64,000 nt of DNA from a virus (lineage: Duplodnaviria > Caudoviricetes), in IMG/VR virus record IMGVR_UViG_3300025849_003344. The stretch is one strand, 5' to 3'. The notes beneath the pieces are model-generated. The model was not told where the DNA came from and ran no database searches. It was given only the letters and a program-made list of their open reading frames with translations. Each line of letters starts with the position of its first letter. Positions within the stretch are counted from its first letter, which is position 1. Shown in pieces: positions 40,514 through 49,098 of the stretch. The translations under genes and the position numbers were made by a program.

Positions 40514-40514
40514 A

Positions 40515-40784
40515 TCAATTCCAATCATTATCAAATTTCGTTGTTTCATGTGCAGTTTCGCCATAATACATCTTTGCATATTTCGGTGCATCGGTGTATG
40601 TATTGATATTAGTCATGTCATCAGTCGGAATGAAAATGCCATGAACAAGCTTACTCTTTTTTGGCAACATATCAGAATTTAATAGAGCCTTAGATTTAGC
40701 TTTAAGATTTGCCATTTTATTGCGACGATTACCAACTTTTTTGATTAAAGCCAAACGATCTTTCATTTGTTCATCAGTCATCAC
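40515..40784 (-). CDS. Hypothetical protein (89 aa)
   Basis: ORF in a coupled run of small genes. Confidence 0.6.
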   Translation of the reverse strand: MMTDEQMKDRLALIKKVGNRRNKMANLKAKSKALLNSDMLPKKSKLVHGIFIPTDDMTNINTYTDAPKYAKMYYGETAHETTKFDNDWN

Positions 40785-40939
40785 TAAATTCTTCCTCCGA
40801 GTGTGGATTTAATTGCATCAGTATTCTTACGAATACTACGAATATCATCATGGTGCGTTAAAACGCGTGCTTCAACCCTAGACAATTTTGTCTCGATGAT
40901 TTTTAATTTATCAATAATGTTCATAATCTCAACTTGCAT
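40784..40939 (-). CDS. Small coiled-coil hypothetical protein (51 aa; not in the ORF track)
   Basis: MQVEIMNIIDKLKIIETKLSRVEARVLTHHDDIRSIRKNTDAIKSTLGGRI fills the gap. Confidence 0.5.
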   Translation of the reverse strand: MQVEIMNIIDKLKIIETKLSRVEARVLTHHDDIRSIRKNTDAIKSTLGGRI

Positions 40940-40950
40940 ATGCTCATTAG

Positions 40951-41181
40951 TCATTCTTTATTCCTTGTATGGAAACTGCCTTCCGGCTGTTTGAGTGCTA
41001 GTAATAGTTCAGCGAACATCATAGGAGACATGATAATCAAGTCGTGCTCGTCCCGTGATACATTCCACTGTCTTATGTATACTTCATTTTCGTCGATGAA
41101 CATTTGCACGTCTTCGTAAGCATCGGCCTCACATAAGACAGTAGTAATACTTTCATCCCAATCAATTTCGTTTGTAAACAT
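40951..41181 (-). CDS. Hypothetical acidic protein (76 aa)
   Basis: Coupled ORF (TAATG overlap). Confidence 0.6.
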   Translation of the reverse strand: MFTNEIDWDESITTVLCEADAYEDVQMFIDENEVYIRQWNVSRDEHDLIIMSPMMFAELLLALKQPEGSFHTRNKE

Positions 41182-41363
41182 TAATCGACCACATCCATTT
41201 CTAGAGGTTCATTTTCATCCTCAAAAGTTTTGAATTCTAGCTCCTTACGTGCCAACAAGTCCGTTAACATAGTCATTGCACTACGCTTCTCATCTGAAGC
41301 GCCTTCACTAATTCCAATAATAACACTCCGAAGTGTTTCAATATCTCTGATTAAACCAACCAT
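41181..41363 (-). CDS. Hypothetical protein (60 aa)
   Basis: Coupled ORF with GAGGAG SD. Confidence 0.6.
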   Translation of the reverse strand: MVGLIRDIETLRSVIIGISEGASDEKRSAMTMLTDLLARKELEFKTFEDENEPLEMDVVD

Positions 41364-41506
41364 TACGCACTCTCCTCAGTTAAACATAAATCTGTCCATT
41401 GTACTTCAGCGGTAAATTGTGCACCACTCATTTCACTCATATCCAAAAAACACATTTTATCAAATATGATTTTGGCATAAGCCTCATCACATTCTAAAAT
41501 TTTCAT
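41363..41506 (-). CDS. Hypothetical protein (47 aa; not in the ORF track)
   Basis: MKILECDEAYAKIIFDKMCF...; its stop overlaps the next ATG. Confidence 0.45.
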   Translation of the reverse strand: MKILECDEAYAKIIFDKMCFLDMSEMSGAQFTAEVQWTDLCLTEESA

Positions 41507-41526
41507 AATCAGCTGCAGATAAAACA

Positions 41527-41703
41527 TCACATACCTCCTCTGCGCAATGCATTAAGAAAGCCATGCTGAAAAGAACTGTCTGCAGGATCATCCTCAAAAG
41601 ATTTAATCGCGGCGAATAAGTCGAAGTCCGGATGTTTCATTTCTTCGGTGGCCGCAGCTTGACCGCTTTGATAGTTATGAAAATTAGTTAAATCAGGTTT
41701 CAT
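41527..41703 (-). CDS. Hypothetical protein (58 aa; not in the ORF track)
   Basis: MKPDLTNFHNYQSGQAAATEEMKHPDFDLF...; ATGA overlap with 41700..42047. Confidence 0.55.
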   Translation of the reverse strand: MKPDLTNFHNYQSGQAAATEEMKHPDFDLFAAIKSFEDDPADSSFQHGFLNALRRGGM

Positions 41704-42047
41704 GCCGCCACCTCGATTTTTTCAAAACCAAAGTTACACACCATGAAGAATTCGCCGTTATCCATTTCAAGGATATCGCCAACTGATGTTGAATGATTAC
41801 GATCGCCAATAACTTCTACAATGTGTTGGTTGTTCCAAAGATTAGTATATTCAAATGCAAGATTTTTATCATCTGTGTGAACTTGGAATGCTTCTGAGTA
41901 GAAAGCAAAGTTTTCGGTTTTAAACTTAGATGCACCAAAGAATGATACGGCCAATTTAGCTGATTGAGCAGGAACTGCATCGTGACCTTCTGCATTGATA
42001 AGGTCTACTTGAGCTTCTGTCAATTGAATTTGGTGAATCTTGATCAT
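41700..42047 (-). CDS. Early hypothetical protein, YodL-like C-terminus
   Basis: HSTSVGDIL...F..C..FGFEKI; AGGAG SD; early promoter upstream. Confidence 0.6.
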   Translation of the reverse strand: MIKIHQIQLTEAQVDLINAEGHDAVPAQSAKLAVSFFGASKFKTENFAFYSEAFQVHTDDKNLAFEYTNLWNNQHIVEVIGDRNHSTSVGDILEMDNGEFFMVCNFGFEKIEVAA

Positions 42048-42079
42048 CTTGTTTTCTCCTAATCACTGTTTCTGTAATT

Positions 42080-42108
42080 AGAATAATACATCTGGAATCA
42101 TATGTAAA
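42080..42108 (-). promoter_or_regulatory. Early promoter TTTACA-N17-TATTCT
   Basis: GTTTACA -35 box with an A-rich UP region, as in the other copies. Confidence 0.7.
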
Positions 42109-42119
42109 CAGTTAATTTG

Positions 42120-42485
42120 CTATTTTTTCACTTTTTTTTCTTTTACAGTGCCATCAGTTCTGCCAATCTGTTCAATTGGTCTATCTGGCCCGCATATTTT
42201 TCTACATGCCCGCGGTGCATATTCAAGACCTTCGTTTGCTCCTTTTACTACAGCATCAGAAAAAGCTAACCATTCATCTGTCAATAGAATATCTTCGATA
42301 GACTCATTATTTGAAAGTTTAAGCTCTTCGTTCAATAATGCGCTATATAGCGGATCTGGCGGTTTGTGCTCATAGTCAATGTGACAACACGGTATTAAAT
42401 ATCCGGTAGCAGTATGAGCAAATCCTTCTTTTTTCATAAGCAAGGATTTTTTAATGAGACACATAGGTTCAAATTCATTTACCAT
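42120..42485 (-). CDS. Stand-alone SPASM/twitch-like Fe-S protein
   Basis: C...HTATGYLIPCC...DILLTDEW...ACRKIC; no CX3CX2C. Confidence 0.65.
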   Translation of the reverse strand: MVNEFEPMCLIKKSLLMKKEGFAHTATGYLIPCCHIDYEHKPPDPLYSALLNEELKLSNNESIEDILLTDEWLAFSDAVVKGANEGLEYAPRACRKICGPDRPIEQIGRTDGTVKEKKVKK

Positions 42486-43213
42486 ATTTCTTCACTTCCG
42501 TCAGGATAATATACTTTATTTAACATTGGTATCGTAGATTGGAATTCTGTGTCTGGCCTGAATTCTTCGGACGGAAATCGGTTTGAATATACCACGTTAA
42601 ATATGACGCCGATATCACGTGCCATTTTTTTACAAGTTTCAATATCATGTTGGTTGTATTTGAATACAATGTATTTCCATATGATATTATTAGGATCCAT
42701 GTATTCTGTAGACATCTTCATCATATCAAAAAGCTTTTTGCCGTCTTGCCTTACACGATACTTGTGTGAATCTTCTGGTAGTCCGTCTATTCCAAAAAAC
42801 CACGAAATATTTTCATTAGTACATTCTTCATATATTTCTTTGTACCACTTTACTGGCTTATGTGATGCTGCTGTGTGTACTGAGGCACTTTTACCATACT
42901 CTATAACCTTGTGCAATATGCCTTTAAAATCTGGATGCATAGACGGGTCTGAAACTTGTCCACTAAAATCAAAATGGTCAAAATACTTAAGATACTTTTC
43001 AAAGTCTTTTATAGAAAGTGTCTCACCTAAAACTTTACCATATTTTTTCATATGCTGTAAGCGTCTGCAACATGGGCATTCTAACGTGCATTTATTAGAT
43101 ATATCCATGTTGATAGTACGAGAAAAGTTTACGTGCGGATTAGATCTTTCAAGAAAGTGGAGTAGTGTCTGGTTCATCACAAAAGGTCCTGCATGCAGAT
43201 GGAAGAGTTTCAT
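42479..43213 (-). CDS. Radical SAM core-only protein
   Basis: CTLECPCC; FSGQVSDP; FGIDG; WKYIVFKYNQH. Confidence 0.85.
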   Translation of the reverse strand: MKLFHLHAGPFVMNQTLLHFLERSNPHVNFSRTINMDISNKCTLECPCCRRLQHMKKYGKVLGETLSIKDFEKYLKYFDHFDFSGQVSDPSMHPDFKGILHKVIEYGKSASVHTAASHKPVKWYKEIYEECTNENISWFFGIDGLPEDSHKYRVRQDGKKLFDMMKMSTEYMDPNNIIWKYIVFKYNQHDIETCKKMARDIGVIFNVVYSNRFPSEEFRPDTEFQSTIPMLNKVYYPDGSEEIW

Positions 43214-43523
43214 AGCTTTCCCATGATTCAGGAAGATCTACGTTAAACCAATCAGAAGTCAATATTTCTTCAAGGGTGTGGCCATTCAAATTATACTTAT
43301 GCCTATTCTTTTTATACTTATTTAATACAGACCCATCCTTATCCCAGCCAGACCTGTTTGATGGATCTGATAGGTTTAAGAAATTGGTATTACCTAAATA
43401 GCAACACGGTAGTACCTGACCATCTGGGTTTACGAGTATTTTTTCTTCATTTAACCACTTGCACGTAATGCATGGTTTATTCTCTGTGAGATCTGTGTCC
43501 ATGGATTGTCCAATCTTTAGCAT
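43149..43523 (-). CDS. Stand-alone SPASM/twitch domain protein
   Basis: C.W...ILVNPDGQVLPCCY...LEEILTSDWF...ACRTFC. Confidence 0.75.
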   Translation of the reverse strand: MLKIGQSMDTDLTENKPCITCKWLNEEKILVNPDGQVLPCCYLGNTNFLNLSDPSNRSGWDKDGSVLNKYKKNRHKYNLNGHTLEEILTSDWFNVDLPESWESYETLPSACRTFCDEPDTTPLS

Positions 43524-44277
43524 ACTTGCTTTTGTCAGTTTTATTATGTGTTGCCATCATATTCTTTGAAGCATTATCGATCCAAGGATTTTGAATTATG
43601 TGATTTAAGTCTTTAGTTATTTCTTCAAGAACTTCTTTTTCACCAAACTCATTAATAAACTCAAACCTATCATTGATCAAAAATCTATCAGACTTAATAA
43701 TATAGACTTCTTGGGCACCGTACATTCTACACATTTTTCTTATATCATAGACATAATCTTGATTGTGTTTGAATAGAATTATAAACGCTTTTGTATGAGC
43801 ACGTGTAATAGAAAGTGCTTCCATGTTGTTAAGCGTTATGTTTAAATCTACACCTTTCCTGTACTTCTGATGCATTTCGTTATCAACACCATCAATATCA
43901 AAATATACCGTCAGGCGCTCTTTACAATAGTTTCCAAGATCTTCCCACCAAGTTTCTGTTCGCATTCCACCGTTTGTATTCAAATGTATTTGAGCATCCG
44001 AGTTATCGATAATATATTTACATATTTTGCCAACATCTTTACTCATAATAGGATCACCCCAAGTTCCACAAATTTCAAACTGTGAAACAAAGTCTATTGA
44101 TCCTGGCGGAAACTTTCGTGTAAAGTCTTCTAACGACCATTTTATAAGTGGAAGCCATGGCATCTTACCAAGCCCGTTAGGATCAGTACGGTGACATTGT
44201 GGGCAAGCTGCATTACAATATGTAGAAAGGTCTAGCGCAATTCTAACTTGCTTATTTACTAAATCAGCAAATGACAT
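43477..44277 (-). CDS. Radical SAM core-only protein
   Basis: CNAACPQC; CGTWGDP; TNGG; FDIDG; FIILFKHNQD. Confidence 0.88.
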   Translation of the reverse strand: MSFADLVNKQVRIALDLSTYCNAACPQCHRTDPNGLGKMPWLPLIKWSLEDFTRKFPPGSIDFVSQFEICGTWGDPIMSKDVGKICKYIIDNSDAQIHLNTNGGMRTETWWEDLGNYCKERLTVYFDIDGVDNEMHQKYRKGVDLNITLNNMEALSITRAHTKAFIILFKHNQDYVYDIRKMCRMYGAQEVYIIKSDRFLINDRFEFINEFGEKEVLEEITKDLNHIIQNPWIDNASKNMMATHNKTDKSKYAKDWTIHGHRSHRE

Positions 44278-44876
44278 GATGTTAACGCCTCCAGATACTC
44301 TAATGTTTTTTCAGGCTCTTCAAAATACCTCATCTTGTCTTCGCGCGATTCAAATACTTTATGATTTGGGTAGGTATGTAGTTGTAGTCCGATAACTTCT
44401 TCAAAAGTAATCTTCTTATCATATTGCGTCATTTTTCCTAAAGTGCGAGCTTGCATTAGATGGTAAGCAGAAACAACCGTCACATATTCATACGGTACCT
44501 TTATATCGCCAAGATTGTTTAACACTTTATTTTTATCTCTATCATATGATACTGACCAATATTGGCCATAGCCATCAGTCTCTTGTTTATATTGCATTAT
44601 AAGATTTGACATTATGTGATCAACCATATCTTCTCTTGGGGCTAGTACATGTATTTCACACTCTTTAATAATATCCTGGTAGTGTACGATATAGCGCCCC
44701 AATTGTAAAAACATCACTTTAGCGATATAAGGGTTTATATTGCTTCTATCAATTGAGTTAATAGTTTCAAGCTTTTCACCGGCATCAATAAGATTGTGTT
44801 CTTGAGCCATAGCCCTTTGATAATATGTAGATGCAGTTCTTGGTACCGATACTATCAAAATATTTTTACGGGTCAT
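44259..44876 (-). CDS. Sulfotransferase-like protein (Stf0-like P-loop)
   Basis: LIVSVPRTASTYY resembles the 5'-PSB loop; start moved to MTRKN (ATGA overlap). Confidence 0.55.
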   Translation of the reverse strand: MTRKNILIVSVPRTASTYYQRAMAQEHNLIDAGEKLETINSIDRSNINPYIAKVMFLQLGRYIVHYQDIIKECEIHVLAPREDMVDHIMSNLIMQYKQETDGYGQYWSVSYDRDKNKVLNNLGDIKVPYEYVTVVSAYHLMQARTLGKMTQYDKKITFEEVIGLQLHTYPNHKVFESREDKMRYFEEPEKTLEYLEALTSCHLLI

Positions 44877-45922
44877 GGATGTAAATCGTCTGGTTTTGAT
44901 TCTGTATAAGAATCCATTAACCAATTTGCAATTTGATCTTCTACTAAATGTCGGAGTTTATTATATTCATTGAGCTTTTTTCGCCGAGCAGTCATAGTAG
45001 ATAACTTATCATAAATGACCTTAAGCTCATCCGTAGGCAGGTTCCATATCGATAGGTGCCTCGGATAAAGCACGGTATTAAACCAAAGCTTTACATCATG
45101 CTTATGACAAAAGTCTAAGAACGATGGCATCTCTTCCCAGTTATTACGCATAGGATTTACCATAACCGATATTTGTACATCCTTCTTCTTACAGTGATCC
45201 TTAAAGATTTCTAAGTTTTCCATAACTTTACTGAGATCGCCGTTAATACGAATTTTTGAATATGCCTCAGGAATTAAACTATCAATACTAATGTTGATTT
45301 GGATGTTACAGATATCTAATAGATGGCGTACTCGCTTATTCATCACAGTACCATTTGTAGCAATACTAATAGGAAGACCAGGATTGATTTCTGCTATGTC
45401 TTCGCAAATATCTAACACTAGTTTTTGAGCAAATGGTTCTCCGCCATTAAATCGAAGCTCTTTAAGATGCGGATAGTATTCCTTTAATTGCTCTCTAAAT
45501 GAATCATCATACGGTTCTAGCATTCCACGATGATCGCCCATACCGGCTTTCTTTGCAAGGCCATTACTTAATAGTGGTGAACACATTATACATTCGAGAT
45601 TACACTGGTTGCTTACCTCAAGCTCAATCATGCTTGGATAACCATTCTTATTCACAGGTAATTCGCCATATGCCTTTGCAAGAGGCCATACGTCATTATC
45701 CATTTCGTGCTTGCACTCTTTACATCTATCTAAGAATTTGTTTTGTAATAGCGCATCACGATACTTTTGAAAATGCTCACCATTCCATATATCATTTACA
45801 GATCGATCCTTAGACCACTTGTCACCAAATCCAGGAAGCTTCCAACACGGAGCAACTTCACCTTGGGTGTTAAAATACATATTATTAAATGGAGCATTAC
45901 ATGGGGAAAATTCACCGTACAT
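44873..45922 (-). CDS. Radical SAM protein with N-terminal SPASM/twitch domain
   Basis: CNAPF...GEVAPCW...IWNG...CKEC, then CNLECIMC and GGEPF. Confidence 0.9.
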   Translation of the reverse strand: MYGEFSPCNAPFNNMYFNTQGEVAPCWKLPGFGDKWSKDRSVNDIWNGEHFQKYRDALLQNKFLDRCKECKHEMDNDVWPLAKAYGELPVNKNGYPSMIELEVSNQCNLECIMCSPLLSNGLAKKAGMGDHRGMLEPYDDSFREQLKEYYPHLKELRFNGGEPFAQKLVLDICEDIAEINPGLPISIATNGTVMNKRVRHLLDICNIQINISIDSLIPEAYSKIRINGDLSKVMENLEIFKDHCKKKDVQISVMVNPMRNNWEEMPSFLDFCHKHDVKLWFNTVLYPRHLSIWNLPTDELKVIYDKLSTMTARRKKLNEYNKLRHLVEDQIANWLMDSYTESKPDDLHP

Positions 45923-47024
45923 TATCTAATATCTCACTCCATTCAGGAAAAGCTTTTGCAAAATTATTGTCTCTCAGTTCATCATAGTATTTTATATGTG
46001 CTCGAAAGTGTTCGATCTTATTAACGCCTTCTAAGTTCATTCTATTAAGTATCAACTGAATTCGTTCGTCTTTATTATCTTTAAACTTCTTGTTTACGAT
46101 TGCTTTTACTTCAACCGGCAAATTAGTGATATTTAGATTCACCGGTTGTTCAACATATTGAATTGAAACCGGTGTGCCAAAATCATCAGCATATTCTAAA
46201 AACTCATCTATGTAGTATATATTGTACCAGTTCATAGTACAATTAAACATTACTTTATCCGGAAAATTGTTTATAAATTTTATAAAGTTTTTTTCTATAA
46301 CTTCAAAGTCTGAGCCTTCACGCTGATAGTTATTTCTTTCATAGATATCATCTAAACTTATTCTAATATCAAGCGACTTCAGTTTTTTTAGCTGAGAGAC
46401 AAACTTAGTATTCCAGTGAGTTCCGTTTGTGACCATTAAAGTTCTTATGTCATTAAGACCTTCTTCGTCTATGTAATCCATAATCTTTTTAATTTCTTGA
46501 TTTACAAATGGTTCGCCACCTGCAAATAGGATATAATCAGCTTGCTTCAGCCAATCGCGTATGATTGGCTCGTGATGTGTGCCGAGTATTTTATGAGCTA
46601 GATAATGTGCTCTCACGTCAGGCGTTTCGGTTTCTTTTGCAATTTGACTAGAATTGAATGATCCACACATACGGCATTTAAGGTTGCACACATTTGTAGT
46701 TTTAAATTCCCAAAATACAGGCGGAGTATCTAAAACGGCGGACTTGAATTTTTCGGGCAGTAACTTATCATCGGTCCAACGATTTATTACCTGCCTAAGA
46801 CTTTCAATACCTGATTCTTCGGCCTTCCAGCAATCATTACATTCTTTAGGTTTTTCACCATCTAAAAACCTTTGACGAAGATCTTGGAATTTTTCATTAT
46901 TCCAGCCTTCATCAATTCGCTCATCTTTCATATCCGATAATGATTTTGGATATCGACAGCATGGCAATAGCACGCCCCTGGGATCTATAGACAATTGTGT
47001 AAAAGGTGCACTGCAAAAGCTCAT
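45912..47024 (-). CDS. Radical SAM protein with N-terminal SPASM/twitch domain
   Basis: CSAPF...GVLLPCC...WN...CNDCW, then CNLKCRMC and GGEPF. Confidence 0.9.
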   Translation of the reverse strand: MSFCSAPFTQLSIDPRGVLLPCCRYPKSLSDMKDERIDEGWNNEKFQDLRQRFLDGEKPKECNDCWKAEESGIESLRQVINRWTDDKLLPEKFKSAVLDTPPVFWEFKTTNVCNLKCRMCGSFNSSQIAKETETPDVRAHYLAHKILGTHHEPIIRDWLKQADYILFAGGEPFVNQEIKKIMDYIDEEGLNDIRTLMVTNGTHWNTKFVSQLKKLKSLDIRISLDDIYERNNYQREGSDFEVIEKNFIKFINNFPDKVMFNCTMNWYNIYYIDEFLEYADDFGTPVSIQYVEQPVNLNITNLPVEVKAIVNKKFKDNKDERIQLILNRMNLEGVNKIEHFRAHIKYYDELRDNNFAKAFPEWSEILDNVR

Positions 47025-47066
47025 AACAAATCCTTAATTAAATAGGCTATTAGATACAAAAGTATA

Positions 47067-47074
47067 TATAAATA
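47067..47074 (+). promoter_or_regulatory. T4-type late promoter TATAAATA
   Basis: Exact motif upstream of 47146. Confidence 0.6.
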
Positions 47075-47145
47075 GTTTTGACTCATATTATTTTATATCA
47101 TTTCTTTGTGACTTGAAAGGGAGAAAATACAAGGTAATATAGTTC

Positions 47146-47628
47146 ATGATAGATCCGGTAACTGCAATTGGCTTGGCATCGGCTGCATACCGTGGCATCA
47201 AATCAGCCATACAAACAGGAAAAGAACTGCACGATATGGCCGGCCAACTTTCCCAATGGGCCGGCGCTATGAGCGACTTAGACTTTTCGCACAAGCAAGC
47301 TGAAAATCCACCAATGTTTAAGAAAATATTTGGAGCAAGTAAAATAGAAGCTAATGCTTTAGAAGTGTGGGGACATAAGCAAAAGGCAAAAGAATTGCGT
47401 GAAGATTTGCGCAGTCATATATCCTTATATTACGGACCATCGGCTTGGGATGAAATTGTACGCATTGAAGGTCAAATGCGGAAGAAACGTGCTGCAGAAG
47501 TTTATGCAGCCGAAGAACGCAAACAAATGATAATTGAATGGATAGTGGGCATTGTAATGGCAGTAGTATTATCTAGTGTATTAGGTGGCATCTTGTATTT
47601 GGTGGGTGCCGGAACAGGGAAATGGTAA
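47146..47628 (+). CDS. Hypothetical membrane protein (helical, C-terminal TM)
   Basis: MIDPVTAIGLASAAY...; C-terminal hydrophobic helix. Confidence 0.7.
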   Translation: MIDPVTAIGLASAAYRGIKSAIQTGKELHDMAGQLSQWAGAMSDLDFSHKQAENPPMFKKIFGASKIEANALEVWGHKQKAKELREDLRSHISLYYGPSAWDEIVRIEGQMRKKRAAEVYAAEERKQMIIEWIVGIVMAVVLSSVLGGILYLVGAGTGKW

Positions 47629-47629
47629 C

Positions 47630-47809
47630 ATGTGGTTATTAATATGGTTTGTGTTTATACCTGATCAAGGTATCAAATATTATCATTTAGATACTTTTAC
47701 ATCTGAGACGATGTGTAAGGTTGGAATGTCCCAGGCTGTGGTTTTGGCCTATGACAAAAAAGAAGTACTAGAGTGCATTTATATAAAGCCTACTAAAGAT
47801 AAGCTATAA
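47630..47809 (+). CDS. Small hypothetical protein with two Cys
   Basis: MWLLIWFVF...C...C; start moved to 47630. Confidence 0.5.
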   Translation: MWLLIWFVFIPDQGIKYYHLDTFTSETMCKVGMSQAVVLAYDKKEVLECIYIKPTKDKL

Positions 47810-48031
47810 ATTAAATTTTTTACATTTTGCAATGAAGGTAGTGCGCTTCAAGCCAAGGCGTTCACTTGCCTTGGTTTTATTCCAATCGTGATCTATTAAT
47901 GCTTTCTTGACTTTTTCGTAAATTATATCGTCAATCTCTTCATTTAGAGAGACAAATTCAGGCTCTGGCCAAATCTCATCGAATGTATCAAAAAATACCT
48001 CTTGTTCTATTTTTGTATCAGGTTCTAACAT
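47804..48031 (-). CDS. Fis-family helix-turn-helix protein
   Basis: KKALIDHDWNKTKASERLGLKRTTFIAKCKKFNL matches the Fis/NtrC HTH_8 pattern. Confidence 0.85.
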   Translation of the reverse strand: MLEPDTKIEQEVFFDTFDEIWPEPEFVSLNEEIDDIIYEKVKKALIDHDWNKTKASERLGLKRTTFIAKCKKFNL

Positions 48032-48036
48032 GTGAT

Positions 48037-48075
48037 TATTTATACTGTCAAAAAGTGGACAGTTGGGTATAAATA
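48037..48075. promoter_or_regulatory. Divergent pair of late promoters
   Basis: TATAAATA on minus (48037-48044) and on plus (48068-48075). Confidence 0.75.
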
Positions 48076-48105
48076 ATACCTGAGGGATATAAGGAAACTA
48101 GAAGT

Positions 48106-49098
48106 ATGCACAGATTTTTACTGATAGCCGCTTTTCTTGCGGCCGGGCCAGTCTATGGTCAAGTGGCTAATGATGCTGATGGTAATTATGATTCTACAAG
48201 TTATGTGAACACAGATAGCAATACGACTACTACGACCGATAGCACAGTAAATAGCACCAATACTAATAACAACACATCTGCTATTACGAGCACAAATACT
48301 AATACAAATAACAATAATAACACCTCGAATTCAACTTCGACTAATACTAATACTAACGCAAATACCAACACTAACACTAACACTAATACCAATAATACGA
48401 CAGTAAATTCTACTGGAAACAACACCAATACAAACACTAATACAAATACTAATACAAGTAATAACACAAATAATAACACAAATAATTCTACCGTAAACTC
48501 AACAAGTAATAACACAAACAATTCAACTGTAAATAGTACGTCCACCGTTGACCAGACGGTAAATTCAACTGCTACTAACACTAACACCAATACTAACACT
48601 AATAGTAACACAAATAATACCACAGTAAATTCTACTGGAAATAACACAAACACAAATCAGAACACATCCGATATTACTCAAACATTAAAGACTCCACCTC
48701 CATCGGCCATTGCGCCGACTGTTATGCTAGGCGGAAATGATACATGTACTGTTTCTTATTCAGCTGCAGTTCAAACTCAGATCTTAGGTGCTTCTGGTGG
48801 TGGTACAGTTCGTGACTTAAATTGTGAACGTCTTAAAAATGCCAAAACACTTTATAACATGGGCATGAAGGTAGCATCGGTTGCTTTGATGTGTCAAGAA
48901 AAATCAATATTTGAAGCTATGGAAATGGCCGGAACTCCATGTCCGTTCAAAGGTACTATTGGAACTGAAGCTCAAGCGTTGTGGGATAATGATCCTGCTC
49001 GGAAACCTGTGGCCCAAAGAGGAAATCAAGATAATGATGCAGTCAAGAAGATTCTTGCTGGTGTGTTATTTGTTGCTTTGTTGTCACTCGGCCTATAG
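48106..49098 (+). CDS. Secreted/membrane-anchored protein with a Thr/Asn low-complexity stalk and a Cys-containing C-terminal domain
   Basis: Signal peptide; long T/N/S repeat tract; four Cys; C-terminal TM helix. Confidence 0.8.
   Translation: MHRFLLIAAFLAAGPVYGQVANDADGNYDSTSYVNTDSNTTTTTDSTVNSTNTNNNTSAITSTNTNTNNNNNTSNSTSTNTNTNANTNTNTNTNTNNTTVNSTGNNTNTNTNTNTNTSNNTNNNTNNSTVNSTSNNTNNSTVNSTSTVDQTVNSTATNTNTNTNTNSNTNNTTVNSTGNNTNTNQNTSDITQTLKTPPPSAIAPTVMLGGNDTCTVSYSAAVQTQILGASGGGTVRDLNCERLKNAKTLYNMGMKVASVALMCQEKSIFEAMEMAGTPCPFKGTIGTEAQALWDNDPARKPVAQRGNQDNDAVKKILAGVLFVALLSLGL

Noticed and set aside
42549-43226. 225-aa plus-strand ORF (also 16982..17500, 35460..36110, 25244..25768 and similar)
   Set aside because: Shadow ORFs antisense to genes with clear motifs; no SD or recognisable features
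48201-48653. 150-aa Val/Leu-rich minus-strand ORF that looks like a membrane protein
   Set aside because: It is the reverse complement of the Thr/Asn repeat tract of 48106..49098
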